From an uncultured Actinomycetota bacterium (GTDB taxonomy: Bacteria; Actinomycetota; Actinomycetes; JAHEKZ01), in the NCBI GenBank assembly GCA_963743915.1, contig CAVURN010000001.1:160001-224000 (forward strand): a stretch of 64,000 nt of DNA. Reading direction: 5' to 3'. The translations under genes were made by a program, and so were the position numbers. The notes beneath the pieces are model-generated. The model saw only the letters and a list, made by a program, of their open reading frames with translations. It had not been told where the DNA came from and made no database searches. This document shows positions 20,907 through 37,269 of the stretch, piece after piece. Position 1 is the first letter of the stretch, and the number at the start of each line of letters is the position of its first letter.

Positions 20907-21680
20907 GTGTCTGAGCTGGAAAACGGCGCCACCGTCGACGTCACTGACGACGTCACGGTCCAGGCGGCTGCCGACGACGCGCCCGTCGCCGACGAGGCTG
21001 CCGTCGTCACGGAGCCGCCGGTGGAGGAGCCCTCCACGGAGACGCCCGCCGACGACGGCGAGGGCTCGGGCGAGCCCGAGACGGACCCGCGCGAGGAGTT
21101 CCGTGAGCACCTGCTGAGCCTGCCCGGTGACTGGTACGTCGTGCACTCCTACGCCGGCTACGAGAACCGCGTGAAGCACAACCTCGAGAACCGCCGCGCC
21201 TCGCTGTCGATGGAGGATTTCGTCCACGACATCCAGGTGCCCCAGGAAGAGGTCATCGAGATCAAGCAGGGGCAGCGCAAGCAGGTGAAGCGCAACAAGT
21301 TCCCCGGCTACGTGCTCGTGCGCATGGACCTCACCGACGAGTCGTGGTCCACGGTGCGTCACACGCCCGGCGTCACCGGCTTCGTCGGTCACGCCCACCA
21401 GCCCACCCCGCTCACGCTCGACGAGGTCATCTCGATCCTCTACGTCGAGCCCGAGGCCGTGGCAGGAAAGCCGTCGGCCGGTGGCGCGGCAAAGGCCGAG
21501 GCCACCTTCGTCGACTTCGAGGTGGGCGAGTCGGTGACGGTCATCGACGGCGCATTCGCCACTCTCCCGGCGACGATCAACGAGATCAACCCTGATGCCC
21601 AGAAGCTGAAGGTCCTCGTCTCGATCTTCGGACGCGAGACCCCGGTCGAGCTCTCGTTCGACCAGGTCCAGAAGCTCTGA
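20907..21680 (+). CDS. nusG: Transcription termination/antitermination factor NusG, acidic N-terminal extension
   Basis: [46 protein letters not shown]. Confidence 0.97.
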   Translation: MSELENGATVDVTDDVTVQAAADDAPVADEAAVVTEPPVEEPSTETPADDGEGSGEPETDPREEFREHLLSLPGDWYVVHSYAGYENRVKHNLENRRASLSMEDFVHDIQVPQEEVIEIKQGQRKQVKRNKFPGYVLVRMDLTDESWSTVRHTPGVTGFVGHAHQPTPLTLDEVISILYVEPEAVAGKPSAGGAAKAEATFVDFEVGESVTVIDGAFATLPATINEINPDAQKLKVLVSIFGRETPVELSFDQVQKL

Positions 21681-21690
21681 CCTCCGGCCG

Positions 21691-21720
21691 CTCTCGACAA
21701 CCCTCGACAACCCTCGACAA
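21691..21720 (+). repeat. Tandem repeat, 3 x 10 bp (CCCTCGACAA)
   Basis: ctctcgacaa ccctcgacaa ccctcgacaa directly before the rplK RBS. Confidence 0.85.
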
Positions 21721-21732
21721 GAAGGACCAGCA

Positions 21733-22165
21733 ATGCCTCCCAAGAAGAAGGTCGCCGGTCTGATCAAGCTTCAGATCGAAGCCGGTCAGGCCAACCCTGC
21801 GCCGCCCGTGGGCCCCGCCCTCGGCCAGCACGGCGTCAACATCATGGAGTTCTGCAAGGCGTACAACGCGGCGACGGAGTCGCAGCGGGGGAACGTGATC
21901 CCGGTGGAGATCACGGTGTACGAGGACCGTTCGTTCACGTTCATCACCAAGACGCCCGCCGGCCGCCAAGCTCATCCTCAAGGCCGCTGGCCTGGACAAG
22001 GGCTCCGGCGTCCCCCACAAGGACAAGGTCGGCTCGCTCACCCGCGAGCAGGTACGGTCCATCGCCGAGCAGAAGATGGCTGACCTCAATGCCAACGACC
22101 TCGACGCCGCCGAGAAGATCATTGCCGGAACCGCCCGCTCGATGGGCGTGACGGTCACCGAGTAG
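21733..22165 (+). CDS. rplK: 50S ribosomal protein L11 (extra C at about 21956, probable sequencing error)
   Basis: [23 protein letters not shown]; continues in another frame to DLNAND...IAGTARSMG. Confidence 0.95.
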
Positions 22166-22176
22166 CAGTACCGCAC

Positions 22177-22210
22177 TGTGGGAGGGCCAGGCGCTGGCCC
22201 ACGCACCACA
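22177..22210 (+). promoter_or_regulatory. Candidate L1-binding autoregulatory hairpin upstream of rplA
   Basis: TGTGG/CCACA and GGGCCAG/CTGGCCC helices separated by an asymmetric GA / ACGCA loop. Confidence 0.55.
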
Positions 22211-22251
22211 CCTGACGCACCGGTCCCCGGTGCAGAACTGGAGTCAGCACC

Positions 22252-22965
22252 ATGAAGCGCAGCAAGGGTTACCAGTCAGCGGCGTCCAAGATCGACGCGG
22301 ACGCGTTGTACTCGCCGCTCGAGGCGGTTCGACTGGCGAGGGACACCTCGCCGATGAAGAACCCCGCCACCGTCGAGGTCGCGATGCGTCTCGGCGTCGA
22401 CCCCCGCAAGGCCGACCAGATGGTCCGCGGCACGGTCAACCTGCCGCACGGCACCGGCAAGACCGCCCGGGTCATCGTGTTCGCGGCCGGTGAGAAGGCC
22501 GACCAGGCACGGGCTGCGGGCGCCGACGAGGTCGGCTCCGACGAGCTCATCGAGCGCGTGGCCGGCGGATGGACCGACTTCGACGCCGCAGTCTCCACGC
22601 CGGATCTGATGGGCAAGGTGGGACGCCTCGGCAAGGTGCTCGGTCCGCGCGGTCTGATGCCCAACCCCAAGACGGGCACGGTGACGATGGACGTCGCCAA
22701 GGCGGTCGAGGACATCAAGGGCGGCAAGATCGAGTTCCGGGTCGACCGACACGGCAACCTGCACCTGATCATCGGCAAGACCTCCTTCAGCGAGGCGCAG
22801 CTGGTGGAGAACTACGCCGCTGCGCTCGACGAGGTGCTCCGGCTCAAGCCGTCGTCAGCCAAGGGTCGCTACATCCGGAAGATCGCGGTCAGCACCACGA
22901 TGGGCCCCGGGATCCCGGTCGACCCGAACCGCACCCGGAACGTGACCGCCGACGACGCGAGCTGA
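22252..22965 (+). CDS. rplA: 50S ribosomal protein L1
   Basis: [37 protein letters not shown]. Confidence 0.98.
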   Translation: MKRSKGYQSAASKIDADALYSPLEAVRLARDTSPMKNPATVEVAMRLGVDPRKADQMVRGTVNLPHGTGKTARVIVFAAGEKADQARAAGADEVGSDELIERVAGGWTDFDAAVSTPDLMGKVGRLGKVLGPRGLMPNPKTGTVTMDVAKAVEDIKGGKIEFRVDRHGNLHLIIGKTSFSEAQLVENYAAALDEVLRLKPSSAKGRYIRKIAVSTTMGPGIPVDPNRTRNVTADDAS

Positions 22966-23006
22966 CGCCGCTGCCGGCGGCGGTGAGCCGCCGGCACAGC
23001 CCCGTT

Positions 23007-23036
23007 TTGACCCTCGGGCCGCCGGACCCGTACGCT
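23007..23036 (+). promoter_or_regulatory. rplJL promoter
   Basis: TTGACC-N18-TACGCT. Confidence 0.6.
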
Positions 23037-23044
23037 GGCGGCTG

Positions 23045-23140
23045 CCAAAGACCGCCGGTTGCCGACGGGCCAGCACGATCCAGATCGAACAGGCCCCGAA
23101 GCCGAAGGCTCCGCGACTGCGGACGACCCGCGTAGGTGAT
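23045..23140 (+). ncRNA. Ribosomal protein L10 leader
   Basis: CCAAAGACCGCCGG ... CCCGCGTAGG signature upstream of rplJ; bounds approximate. Confidence 0.7.
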
Positions 23141-23249
23141 CGAGAGTCCTGCCCGGACGCCATGCGCGTCCGGTCACGCCCCGAGCGCCTGCGCCGGGGC
23201 GTTCGTCGTTCCGGGCCGGGCCACGGCGCAGGACCAACGAAGGAGAATC

Positions 23250-23948
23250 ATGGCGCGGGCTGACAAGACAGCCGCCGTTGCGGACCTCGCGGACCAGTTC
23301 CGTGGCTCTGCGGGCGCCGTGCTCACCGAGTACCGCGGGTTGACGGTGAAGCAGCTCAAGGAGCTGCGCACCGCGCTCGGTGGGAACGCCACGTACGCCG
23401 TGGTGAAGAACACGCTGACGAAGATCGCGGCCAAGGACGCCGGGGTCGAGGGCCTGAGCGACATGCTCGTGGGCCCGTCCGCCATCGCCTTCATCACCGG
23501 TGACCCGGTGGAGACGGCGAAGGGTCTGCGCGACTTCGCCAAGACCAACCCCCAGCTGCTCATCAAGGGTGGGGTGCTCGACGGCAACCCGTTGACGCCC
23601 GCTGAGATCGACAAGCTGGCATCGCTCGAGTCGCGCGAGGTGCTCCTCGCCAAGCTCGCCGGTGCGATGAAGGCGTCGCTGTCCGGCGCCGCTGCGCTCT
23701 TCGCCGCTCCGCTGTCGCAGACGGCACGGGTGCTGGGCGCGCTGCAGGAGAAGGCACAGCAGGACCCGTCGGTCCTCGCTGGTGGAGCCGGTACGCCGGT
23801 TCCCACCGCAGCCGAGGCACCTGTCGACGAGGACACCGCAGACCCTGCGGCCCCCGCCGACGAGGCCGAGGCACCCGTCGAGCAGGCACCGGTCGCGGAG
23901 GCGCCAGCCCCCGCTGCTGAGGCCGAGGAGACGACCCCCGAGGGCTGA
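23250..23948 (+). CDS. rplJ: 50S ribosomal protein L10 with acidic Ala/Pro/Glu tail
   Basis: [20 protein letters not shown]; RBS GAAGGAG. Confidence 0.97.
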   Translation: MARADKTAAVADLADQFRGSAGAVLTEYRGLTVKQLKELRTALGGNATYAVVKNTLTKIAAKDAGVEGLSDMLVGPSAIAFITGDPVETAKGLRDFAKTNPQLLIKGGVLDGNPLTPAEIDKLASLESREVLLAKLAGAMKASLSGAAALFAAPLSQTARVLGALQEKAQQDPSVLAGGAGTPVPTAAEAPVDEDTADPAAPADEAEAPVEQAPVAEAPAPAAEAEETTPEG

Positions 23949-24009
23949 CCGCCCGGTAGGAACCAATTAGAGGGCCCTTCCGGGCCACCGACATGGAAGG
24001 ACGCCGATC

Positions 24010-24402
24010 ATGGCGAAGCTGAGCACCGATGAACTGCTCGACGCGTTCAAGGAGATGACCTTGATCGAGCTGAGCGAGTTCGTGAAGCAGTTCGAGGAGA
24101 CCTTCGAGGTCACCGCCGCCGCCCCCGTCGCCGTCGCTGCCGCGCCGGCCGCCGGTGGCGCAGCCGCCGGTGGCGAGGCAGCCGCCGAGCAGGACGAGTT
24201 CGACGTCGTCCTCGAGGCAGCTGGTGACAAGAAGATCCAGGTCATCAAGGAGGTGCGGACGCTCACCAGCCTGGGCCTGAAGGAGGCCAAGGACCTGGTG
24301 GAGAGCACCCCCAAGCCGGTCCTGGAGAAGGTCACCAAGGAGGCCGCCGACAAGGCCAAGGAGGCCCTCGAGGGCGCCGGCGCCACGGTCACCCTCAAGT
24401 AG
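24010..24402 (+). CDS. rplL: 50S ribosomal protein L7/L12
   Basis: [37 protein letters not shown]. Confidence 0.98.
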   Translation: MAKLSTDELLDAFKEMTLIELSEFVKQFEETFEVTAAAPVAVAAAPAAGGAAAGGEAAAEQDEFDVVLEAAGDKKIQVIKEVRTLTSLGLKEAKDLVESTPKPVLEKVTKEAADKAKEALEGAGATVTLK

Positions 24403-24415
24403 GACCCGAGCTCGA

Positions 24416-24451
24416 CGAACGGCCCGCCTCCGCGAGGAGGCGGGCCGTTCG
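24416..24451. terminator. Bidirectional terminator after rplL
   Basis: CGAACGGCCCGCCTCC-GCGA-GGAGGCGGGCCGTTCG perfect 16-bp stem. Confidence 0.8.
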
Positions 24452-24461
24452 GTTGTCTGCG

Positions 24462-24824
24462 TCAGTCGTCATCGTCGTCGCCCGGACCGTCGTCATCGTC
24501 GTCGCCCGGACCGTCGTCATCGGCACCGTCGTCACCACCGGCCGTCCCGCCGGTCGCGCCCCCACCGCCGCCGGTCGCGCCCCCACCGCCGCCGGTCCCG
24601 CCATCCCTGTCGTCCTTGTCGGCACCGGGATCGTCACCCTTCTTGTCCCGGTCGTTCTTGCCGTCTCCGCCTTGGCGGTCCTCGTCATCCTTGCGATCCT
24701 CCTCAGGGACGTCGACCGAGATCGTCTCGACGGTCGTGGTGGGTGGTTCACCCGTGAGCAGCTCGACGCCGACGAAGGTCGTGACCGCCAGGACTCCCGC
24801 GACCATCAGAGCTCGCCACACCAT
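24462..24824 (-). CDS. Small exported or membrane-anchored Asp/Gly-rich low-complexity protein
   Basis: RBS AGAGAGGAG, hydrophobic N-terminus, then GGGGAT and GPGDDDDD repeats. Confidence 0.7.
   Translation of the reverse strand: MVWRALMVAGVLAVTTFVGVELLTGEPPTTTVETISVDVPEEDRKDDEDRQGGDGKNDRDKKGDDPGADKDDRDGGTGGGGGATGGGGGATGGTAGGDDGADDDGPGDDDDDGPGDDDDD
24465..24597. repeat. Intragenic tandem repeats: 24-bp unit x2.4 (24465-24522) and 21-bp unit x2.4 (24547-24597)
   Basis: gtcgtcatcgtcgtcgcccggacc and ccgccggtcgcgcccccaccg units read directly. Confidence 0.8.
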
Positions 24825-24849
24825 GGAGTTCTCCTCTCTGCCGGGGCTG

Positions 24850-25515
24850 TCATGGCGCTACCTCGAGTCGGTAGCCCATGCCACGCACGGTGCTGATCAC
24901 GTCTGCCCCCAGCTTCCGACGCAGGTACCGCACGTAGACGTCGACCACGTTCGACTCGGGTGCGAAGTCGTAGCCCCACACGTGGCTGAGCAGCTGCTCG
25001 CGGCTGAGCACCTGACCCGGGTGTCGCATGAGCGTCTCGGTCAGCGCGAACTCGCGTGCGGTGAGCTCGACCGTCCGACCTCTGACGGATGCGCGTCGGG
25101 TGCGCAGGTCGAGAATCACCTCGCCCACCCTCAGGACGGTCATCTCGGCGGTCGGTTCCGTGCGCAGACGAGCCCGTACGCGGGCCAGTAGCTCGTCGAA
25201 CCGAAAGGGTTTGGTGACGTAGTCGTCGGCGCCACCCTCGAAGCCCGCGACGGTCTCCTCGACGGTGTCGCGTGCTGTCAGGATCACCACGGGGATCGTC
25301 TCGCCGCGTTCCCGGAGGCGGCGCAGCACCACCTGGCCGTCCATCTCCGGAAGACCCAGGTCGAGGATCATGAGGTCGAAGTCGTCCACCCGGGCCATCT
25401 CCAGGGCCTGCGTACCGGTTGTCACGACCTGGGTGGTGAAGCCGTTGGCGCGCAGACCACGCTCGAGAAACGAGGTGATCCTCTCCTCGTCCTCGGCGAT
25501 CAGGATGCGCGTCAT
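24850..25515 (-). CDS. OmpR/PhoB family response regulator
   Basis: ILIAEDE, ILDLGLP, GADDYVTKPF, LTAREF, SNVVDVYVRYLRRKL, TVRGMGY. Confidence 0.95.
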   Translation of the reverse strand: MTRILIAEDEERITSFLERGLRANGFTTQVVTTGTQALEMARVDDFDLMILDLGLPEMDGQVVLRRLRERGETIPVVILTARDTVEETVAGFEGGADDYVTKPFRFDELLARVRARLRTEPTAEMTVLRVGEVILDLRTRRASVRGRTVELTAREFALTETLMRHPGQVLSREQLLSHVWGYDFAPESNVVDVYVRYLRRKLGADVISTVRGMGYRLEVAP

Positions 25516-27017
25516 GACGTCACCTCCTGGGGCAGCTCGCGGGTCGCGTCGAGGCTGATGTCCTCGGGGACAGGTTCAGGTTCGCCGGCGGGGCGGACGG
25601 GAACGATGAGCGTGAAGCGCGCGCCCTGTCCGGGTCGGCTGTCGATCCGGACCCGCCCGCCGTGTGCGCGAGCGATCGCGCTGACGATCGCCAGGCCCAG
25701 CCCGGTCCCCTCGCGACCGGGTGCCCGGGTGTCGCGACCCCGACCGAAGCGCTCGAAGATGTGCTCCTGCTCGTCGAGGGGGATCCCAGGGCCGTCATCG
25801 CGAACCCAGAGGCGCGCCTCCTCGTCGACGACCGCGCTGCCGATGGCGATCAGGCCCCCTGGGCGGGTGTGCTGGACGGCGTTGGTCACCAGGTTCAGCC
25901 AGGCCTGAGTGAGACGCTCGGGGTCCGCCTCGATCACCGCATGGGAGACGTCGTCCACCTGACAGGTGCGGTCGGGGGCGAAGGACTCCGCACGAGACCG
26001 CATGCCGTCTGTGAGCTCGGTGAGGTCGACCGGTCCGATCCGGAGGAAGTCTGGCTTCTCGGCCTTGGCCAGCAGGATGAGCTCGGTGACGTAGCGATTC
26101 ATCCGGTCCAGCTCGTCGAGACAGAGGGCGAGCGTCTGCTCGCGTTCGACAGGGTCGTTCGGCAAGAGCTCGAGGTTGCCGCGGACGATGGTCAGGGGCG
26201 TGCGCAGCTCATGGCCGATGTCGTCGAGGAAACGACGTTGATCGGCGAACGCGTCCTCCAAGCGGTCCAGCATCGTGTTGAACGTTCGCGTGAGCTCGGC
26301 CACCTCGTCGTTCCCGGTGACGGGGATGCGTTCGGAGAGGTGCGAGTCGGAGATGTTCCGGGCCGTGGAGGTGAGACGCCGGATCGGGGCGACGACGCTG
26401 CCGACCGTCAGCCATCCGACGACCGACACGACGAGCATCATCACGCCGCTGATCAGTGCCATCAACCGCACCGCCTGGTTGATCTCGTCGAGCTCCGGTG
26501 CGAGGAAGTGCGTGGCGATGAAGGTGCCGGCAACTCGGTCCCGCTCGGTCAGGGGAACGGCGAGCCAACGCACGGGACCCGCCTGGGTGTCGATCTCACC
26601 GAACGCCGGCTCGGTCAGGGCCGCCCACTCGGCCACGAGCTCGGGCTGGTCGAGCAAATCGATCGGCGCGCCGCGGTCGGAGCCGTAGGGCTGCCCGTCG
26701 ACGAGGAAGAAGGATCCTTCGGTCGCCTCCGGGACATCCCCGGCGATGAAGTCGTCGAACATGGCCGGAAGGTCGGCTCCGTACGACTCCCCGGTCCGAG
26801 GGTTCGTTCCACCCGCGAACAGGGCCAGCTCGTCCGCCTCCTGGGTGAGGCTGGCATTGACCGACTCCTCCAGGCCGACCATCAGGAACTGTCGCAACGC
26901 CAGGACTGCCACAACCAGGGAGATCGCCAGCAACCCCAGGTACCAGAGCACCACCCGGGCGCGCAGGCCCGCAAAGCGGGAGGACAGGGCCGACGTCATG
27001 GTGTCAGCATCCGGCAC
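25512..27017 (-). CDS. HAMP-domain sensor histidine kinase
   Basis: Two TM helices, HAMP, HELRTPL H-box, NLVTNA, DDGPGI, GTGLGL; start approximate. Confidence 0.94.
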   Translation of the reverse strand: MPDADTMTSALSSRFAGLRARVVLWYLGLLAISLVVAVLALRQFLMVGLEESVNASLTQEADELALFAGGTNPRTGESYGADLPAMFDDFIAGDVPEATEGSFFLVDGQPYGSDRGAPIDLLDQPELVAEWAALTEPAFGEIDTQAGPVRWLAVPLTERDRVAGTFIATHFLAPELDEINQAVRLMALISGVMMLVVSVVGWLTVGSVVAPIRRLTSTARNISDSHLSERIPVTGNDEVAELTRTFNTMLDRLEDAFADQRRFLDDIGHELRTPLTIVRGNLELLPNDPVEREQTLALCLDELDRMNRYVTELILLAKAEKPDFLRIGPVDLTELTDGMRSRAESFAPDRTCQVDDVSHAVIEADPERLTQAWLNLVTNAVQHTRPGGLIAIGSAVVDEEARLWVRDDGPGIPLDEQEHIFERFGRGRDTRAPGREGTGLGLAIVSAIARAHGGRVRIDSRPGQGARFTLIVPVRPAGEPEPVPEDISLDATRELPQEVTS

Positions 27018-27033
27018 CTGGGCTCCGATCTCG

Positions 27034-27096
27034 ATGAGAGCGCCATGAGGGATCTCTCATGAAAGCACTCTCACGGGGAACTCACGAATCCTTCAG
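27034..27096. promoter_or_regulatory. Tandem 11-bp-period direct repeats (candidate OmpR-family boxes) on both strands
   Basis: ATGAGAG 27034 / ATGAGGG 27045; CTCTCAC 27068 / AACTCAC 27079 / CCTTCAG 27090; also CTCTCAT 27054. Confidence 0.6.
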
Positions 27097-27166
27097 GGCC
27101 GGCCGTGACGGTGGGAGGACGAACGGCACGCACCCTGCGGGCCGACGAACACCCCAAGGAGAAGTC

Positions 27167-27565
27167 ATGGGACGCATCTACCGGGCTCTGATCGCCGCCT
27201 TCGCGGTGCTCTTCGGCCTCGGCCTCGCACTGACGTCGGCGTCGGCCGCCAGCGCCGGTGAGGACGCCAAGCGCGAGGACGACGTCCGCGAGGTCGCCAC
27301 CGTCGAGTACGACGATGACGACGACGACAGCAACACGGGCAACACCAGTGTTGGTAGCCGGACCGGCAGCAACACCGTCAACAGCAACGACCGTTCCGGT
27401 GACAGCAACGACGGGACCAACAGCCGCAAGACGGGCGTGAGCCGCGACAAGGACCGCAGTCGCGGCGACCTGACCAAGGACTGGACGCGGGACGGTGCCG
27501 GTGACCGCACGCGCGACTGGTCGCAGAACCGCACCAACGACAAGTCCCGCAACGACACCCGCTGA
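27167..27565 (+). CDS. Secreted Asp/Arg/Ser/Thr/Asn-rich low-complexity protein
   Basis: RBS AAGGAG, signal peptide ending ASA, poly-Asp, C-terminal xDx[ST] tetrapeptide periodicity. Confidence 0.8.
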   Translation: MGRIYRALIAAFAVLFGLGLALTSASAASAGEDAKREDDVREVATVEYDDDDDDSNTGNTSVGSRTGSNTVNSNDRSGDSNDGTNSRKTGVSRDKDRSRGDLTKDWTRDGAGDRTRDWSQNRTNDKSRNDTR

Positions 27566-27585
27566 CGGGCTGAGGACGGTTGACC

Positions 27586-28467
27586 ATGGGAAGCTCATGG
27601 CTCGTGGGTGCCGGGGACGAGGTCGTCCCCGGCATCCGGGCCGAGCGCAAGCTCGGCGGTGGGGAGCGGTATGAGGCCTACCTCGGCTGGCACGAGCGGA
27701 TGTTCGCGCCCGTCGTCGTCAAGGTCGTGCGTCCGGACCTGGTGGACGACTCGGCGACGATGCGCGGCCTCCGGCGTGAGGTCGAGATGCTGCAGCGCCT
27801 GTCACACCCGGTGATCGTCCGCTCCTTCGACGCCGATCTTGAGGGGGAGCGACCGCACGTCGTCCTCGAGCATCTGGACGGCCCTCGGCTCTCCTCGCTG
27901 CTGCGCCGGTTCGGCCCACTGTCGATGGAGCAGCTGCTGCCTCTGGGACTCGAGCTGTGCTCGGCTCTCCACTACCTGTCCACCGAGCGGGTCGTCCACC
28001 TCGACGTCAAGCCGAGCAACATCATCATGGGGGCGCCGCCTCGGCTGATCGACCTCAGCATCGCGCGGTCGCTGGACGCAGCCGCCCGGCTCGACCATGT
28101 GACGGGAACCGACGCCTACCTCGCGCCGGAGCAGGCGGACCCGCCCCGCAGCGGCCGCCCCGGATCTCCTGCAGACATCTTCGGGCTGGGGGTGACCTTG
28201 TACGAGGGGCTCACGGGTGAGCGACCCTTCCGAAAGGGTTCACGCCACAAGGCCGCAGCCCCCGAGGACACCTGGCCCCAGCTGGTCGAGGCACCAGCAC
28301 CCCTGCCGGGGGACATCCCGGAGTTCGTGGCCTCCCCGATCCTCGCCTGCCTGGACCCCGAACCCTCGGGCCGACCGACCGCCGCCGAGCTGGCCGACCG
28401 ACTCCAGCCGCTGGTCGAGGCCCTGCCCCGACCCGTCCTGGGCGGGCTCCGGGCCAAGCTGCGCTGA
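27586..28467 (+). CDS. Soluble Hanks-type Ser/Thr protein kinase (non-RD, DLS instead of DFG)
   Basis: LGGG, VVVK, REVEML, HLDVKPSN, IDLSIA, GTDAYLAPEQ, DIFGLG; no TM segment. Confidence 0.9.
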   Translation: MGSSWLVGAGDEVVPGIRAERKLGGGERYEAYLGWHERMFAPVVVKVVRPDLVDDSATMRGLRREVEMLQRLSHPVIVRSFDADLEGERPHVVLEHLDGPRLSSLLRRFGPLSMEQLLPLGLELCSALHYLSTERVVHLDVKPSNIIMGAPPRLIDLSIARSLDAAARLDHVTGTDAYLAPEQADPPRSGRPGSPADIFGLGVTLYEGLTGERPFRKGSRHKAAAPEDTWPQLVEAPAPLPGDIPEFVASPILACLDPEPSGRPTAAELADRLQPLVEALPRPVLGGLRAKLR

Positions 28468-28522
28468 GCACGTGTCGCCCCGGCCCGCAGGGTGCAAACA
28501 GGTCACAAGAGCCCGGATGTGC

Positions 28523-28639
28523 TTGACGCGCCTGGGGTCTGCCCCGCATAGTCATCGCCAGCGTTTCACCCGCGGGTCCCCCGCAGGTGGCGTCTGAAGG
28601 AGGCGCGACTGGACAGCCGCGGCCGCATGCCGCTACGCT
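28523..28639 (+). promoter_or_regulatory. Two candidate rpoB promoters
   Basis: TTGACG-N18-CATAGT (28523-28552) and TGGACA-N18-TACGCT (28610-28639). Confidence 0.5.
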
Positions 28640-28803
28640 GTCGCTTTGCGCTGCCCTGACCCCTCGTCTGCGTGCCCTGAGCCAAGTCCGCGCGTGCCCG
28701 GAGCCTGCCCGTCCTCCGGTTCGCACCGCGGTGCCCAGCGGCGCGCTCGGCTCCCGGGGTCCGACCGGCCGCGCTGCGGTAGTCGAGCCCGGAAGGACGC
28801 CTC

Positions 28804-32274
<3,471 letters not shown>

Positions 32275-32359
32275 GGTCCTGCCGGCGTGAGCATGCTCGC
32301 GCCGGCCGGACCCCAGGCGGACCTGACGACGACTAGATCCAAGAAGGACTGGTAACCCC

Positions 32360-36227
<3,868 letters not shown>

Positions 36228-36232
36228 CCAGC

Positions 36233-36278
36233 ACGCACGAGGGGCCCGGTTCCGTCTGGAGCCGGGCCCCTCGTGCGT
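36233..36278 (+). terminator. rpoC terminator
   Basis: ACGCACGAGGGGCCCGGTTCC-GTCT-GGAGCCGGGCCCCTCGTGCGT. Confidence 0.8.
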
Positions 36279-36300
36279 CTGTCTCCAGTGGTGCGTTGCA

Positions 36301-36438
36301 CGCGATCCGGGGCCTGGTTCGGGTCTCGATCTGCATGCGGCGCACCACTCGGCGGTCCACGGCGGCTTCTACGACGCGGCCTACTGGATGCGGGTCGCCC
36401 TCGATGAGATCGCGTTCCTCGGCCACCATCTCGCCTGA
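36301..36438 (+). pseudogene. C-terminal remnant of a putative esterase/alpha-beta hydrolase
   Basis: Frame reads ...VHGGFYDAAYWMRVALDEIAFLGHHLA*, like the GGHDxxYW...LxFLG end of actinobacterial esterases; no start or catalytic core. Confidence 0.45.
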
Positions 36439-36457
36439 GATCGCACTAGCCAGCACT

Positions 36458-36492
36458 AGGAAGGCCCGGCTCGTCTGGAGCCGGGCCTTCCT
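36458..36492. terminator. Second stem-loop, diverged copy of the rpoC terminator
   Basis: AGGAAGGCCCGGCTC-GTCTG-GAGCCGGGCCTTCCT perfect 15-bp stem. Confidence 0.75.
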
Positions 36493-36504
36493 CATCAGGT
36501 CGTA

Positions 36505-37162
36505 CTAGTAGCGGGCTGCCCTCGCGTACTTCTCGAACTGTCGCGCGGTCAGCTTGCCGTTGATCTTGGGTCTGACGACGGTGGACTCGCGGTTGATGGA
36601 CCGGGTGACGATGAGCGCCCCGCCGGCCCTGCGGACCGCCAGAGCCTCGGCTCGCTTGACCTCGGTCTGCTCGGCCGAGGTGTAGATGGCCCACCTCAGC
36701 CGCATCTGCTTCACCTTCTTGAGGTACCTCGACGACACGGTCACCCGGTCGGGGAACTTGTACCCGAAGCTGGTCGCGTCACAGTTCAGATAGGTGCGCT
36801 TGAGGCGCTTGAAGGCCACCTTGCCGTCGTGGACTCGTCTGGTACTGCATGATCAGCGTGCGACCCCTGCGGTCACCCGCACGCCACTGCGCCTTGCGTG
36901 ACGCTGAGATCTTCTCGGTGCGGACGTACCCACACACCTCGACGTTGCCCTCGCCGCCGTTGCGGTAGAGAACCCTCGTGATGGCCGGGTCGATCCTCTT
37001 GATGACCTTCTTGGCGAGCCGGGCCTCGGCGACCGAGTCAGCCGGAAGGATGTGCCACGTCTTCTTGCCGGCGATGGCTGTGGTCGGAGCTAGTGTCGCG
37101 ACGAGCGCGGTGAGGATGATGATGACTGCGGCGCCGACGGCGCTGCGACTTGGCCTGAACAC
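36505..37162 (-). CDS. Secreted Lys/Arg-rich hypothetical protein (frameshift near 36825)
   Basis: Signal peptide ending AIA, two Cys; ORFs 36779-37162 and 36505-36819 join. Confidence 0.65.
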
Positions 37163-37269
37163 GAATTGGTCCCCTTTCCCCCATGCGGTGGGTCTTTCTT
37201 ATCACGGGCGGCACCGGCGCACCGGGGCCCTTGGTCCCGTCGGGGCCGGGCCGGACGCCATGGCGCACA

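Noticed and set aside
21950-21965. Programmed frameshifting in rplK or rpoC
   Set aside because: No slippery heptamer or stimulator; fits window-wide indel noise
24465-24597. Short repeats as a CRISPR array
   Set aside because: Adjacent in-frame coding repeats without unique spacers; no cas genes in the window
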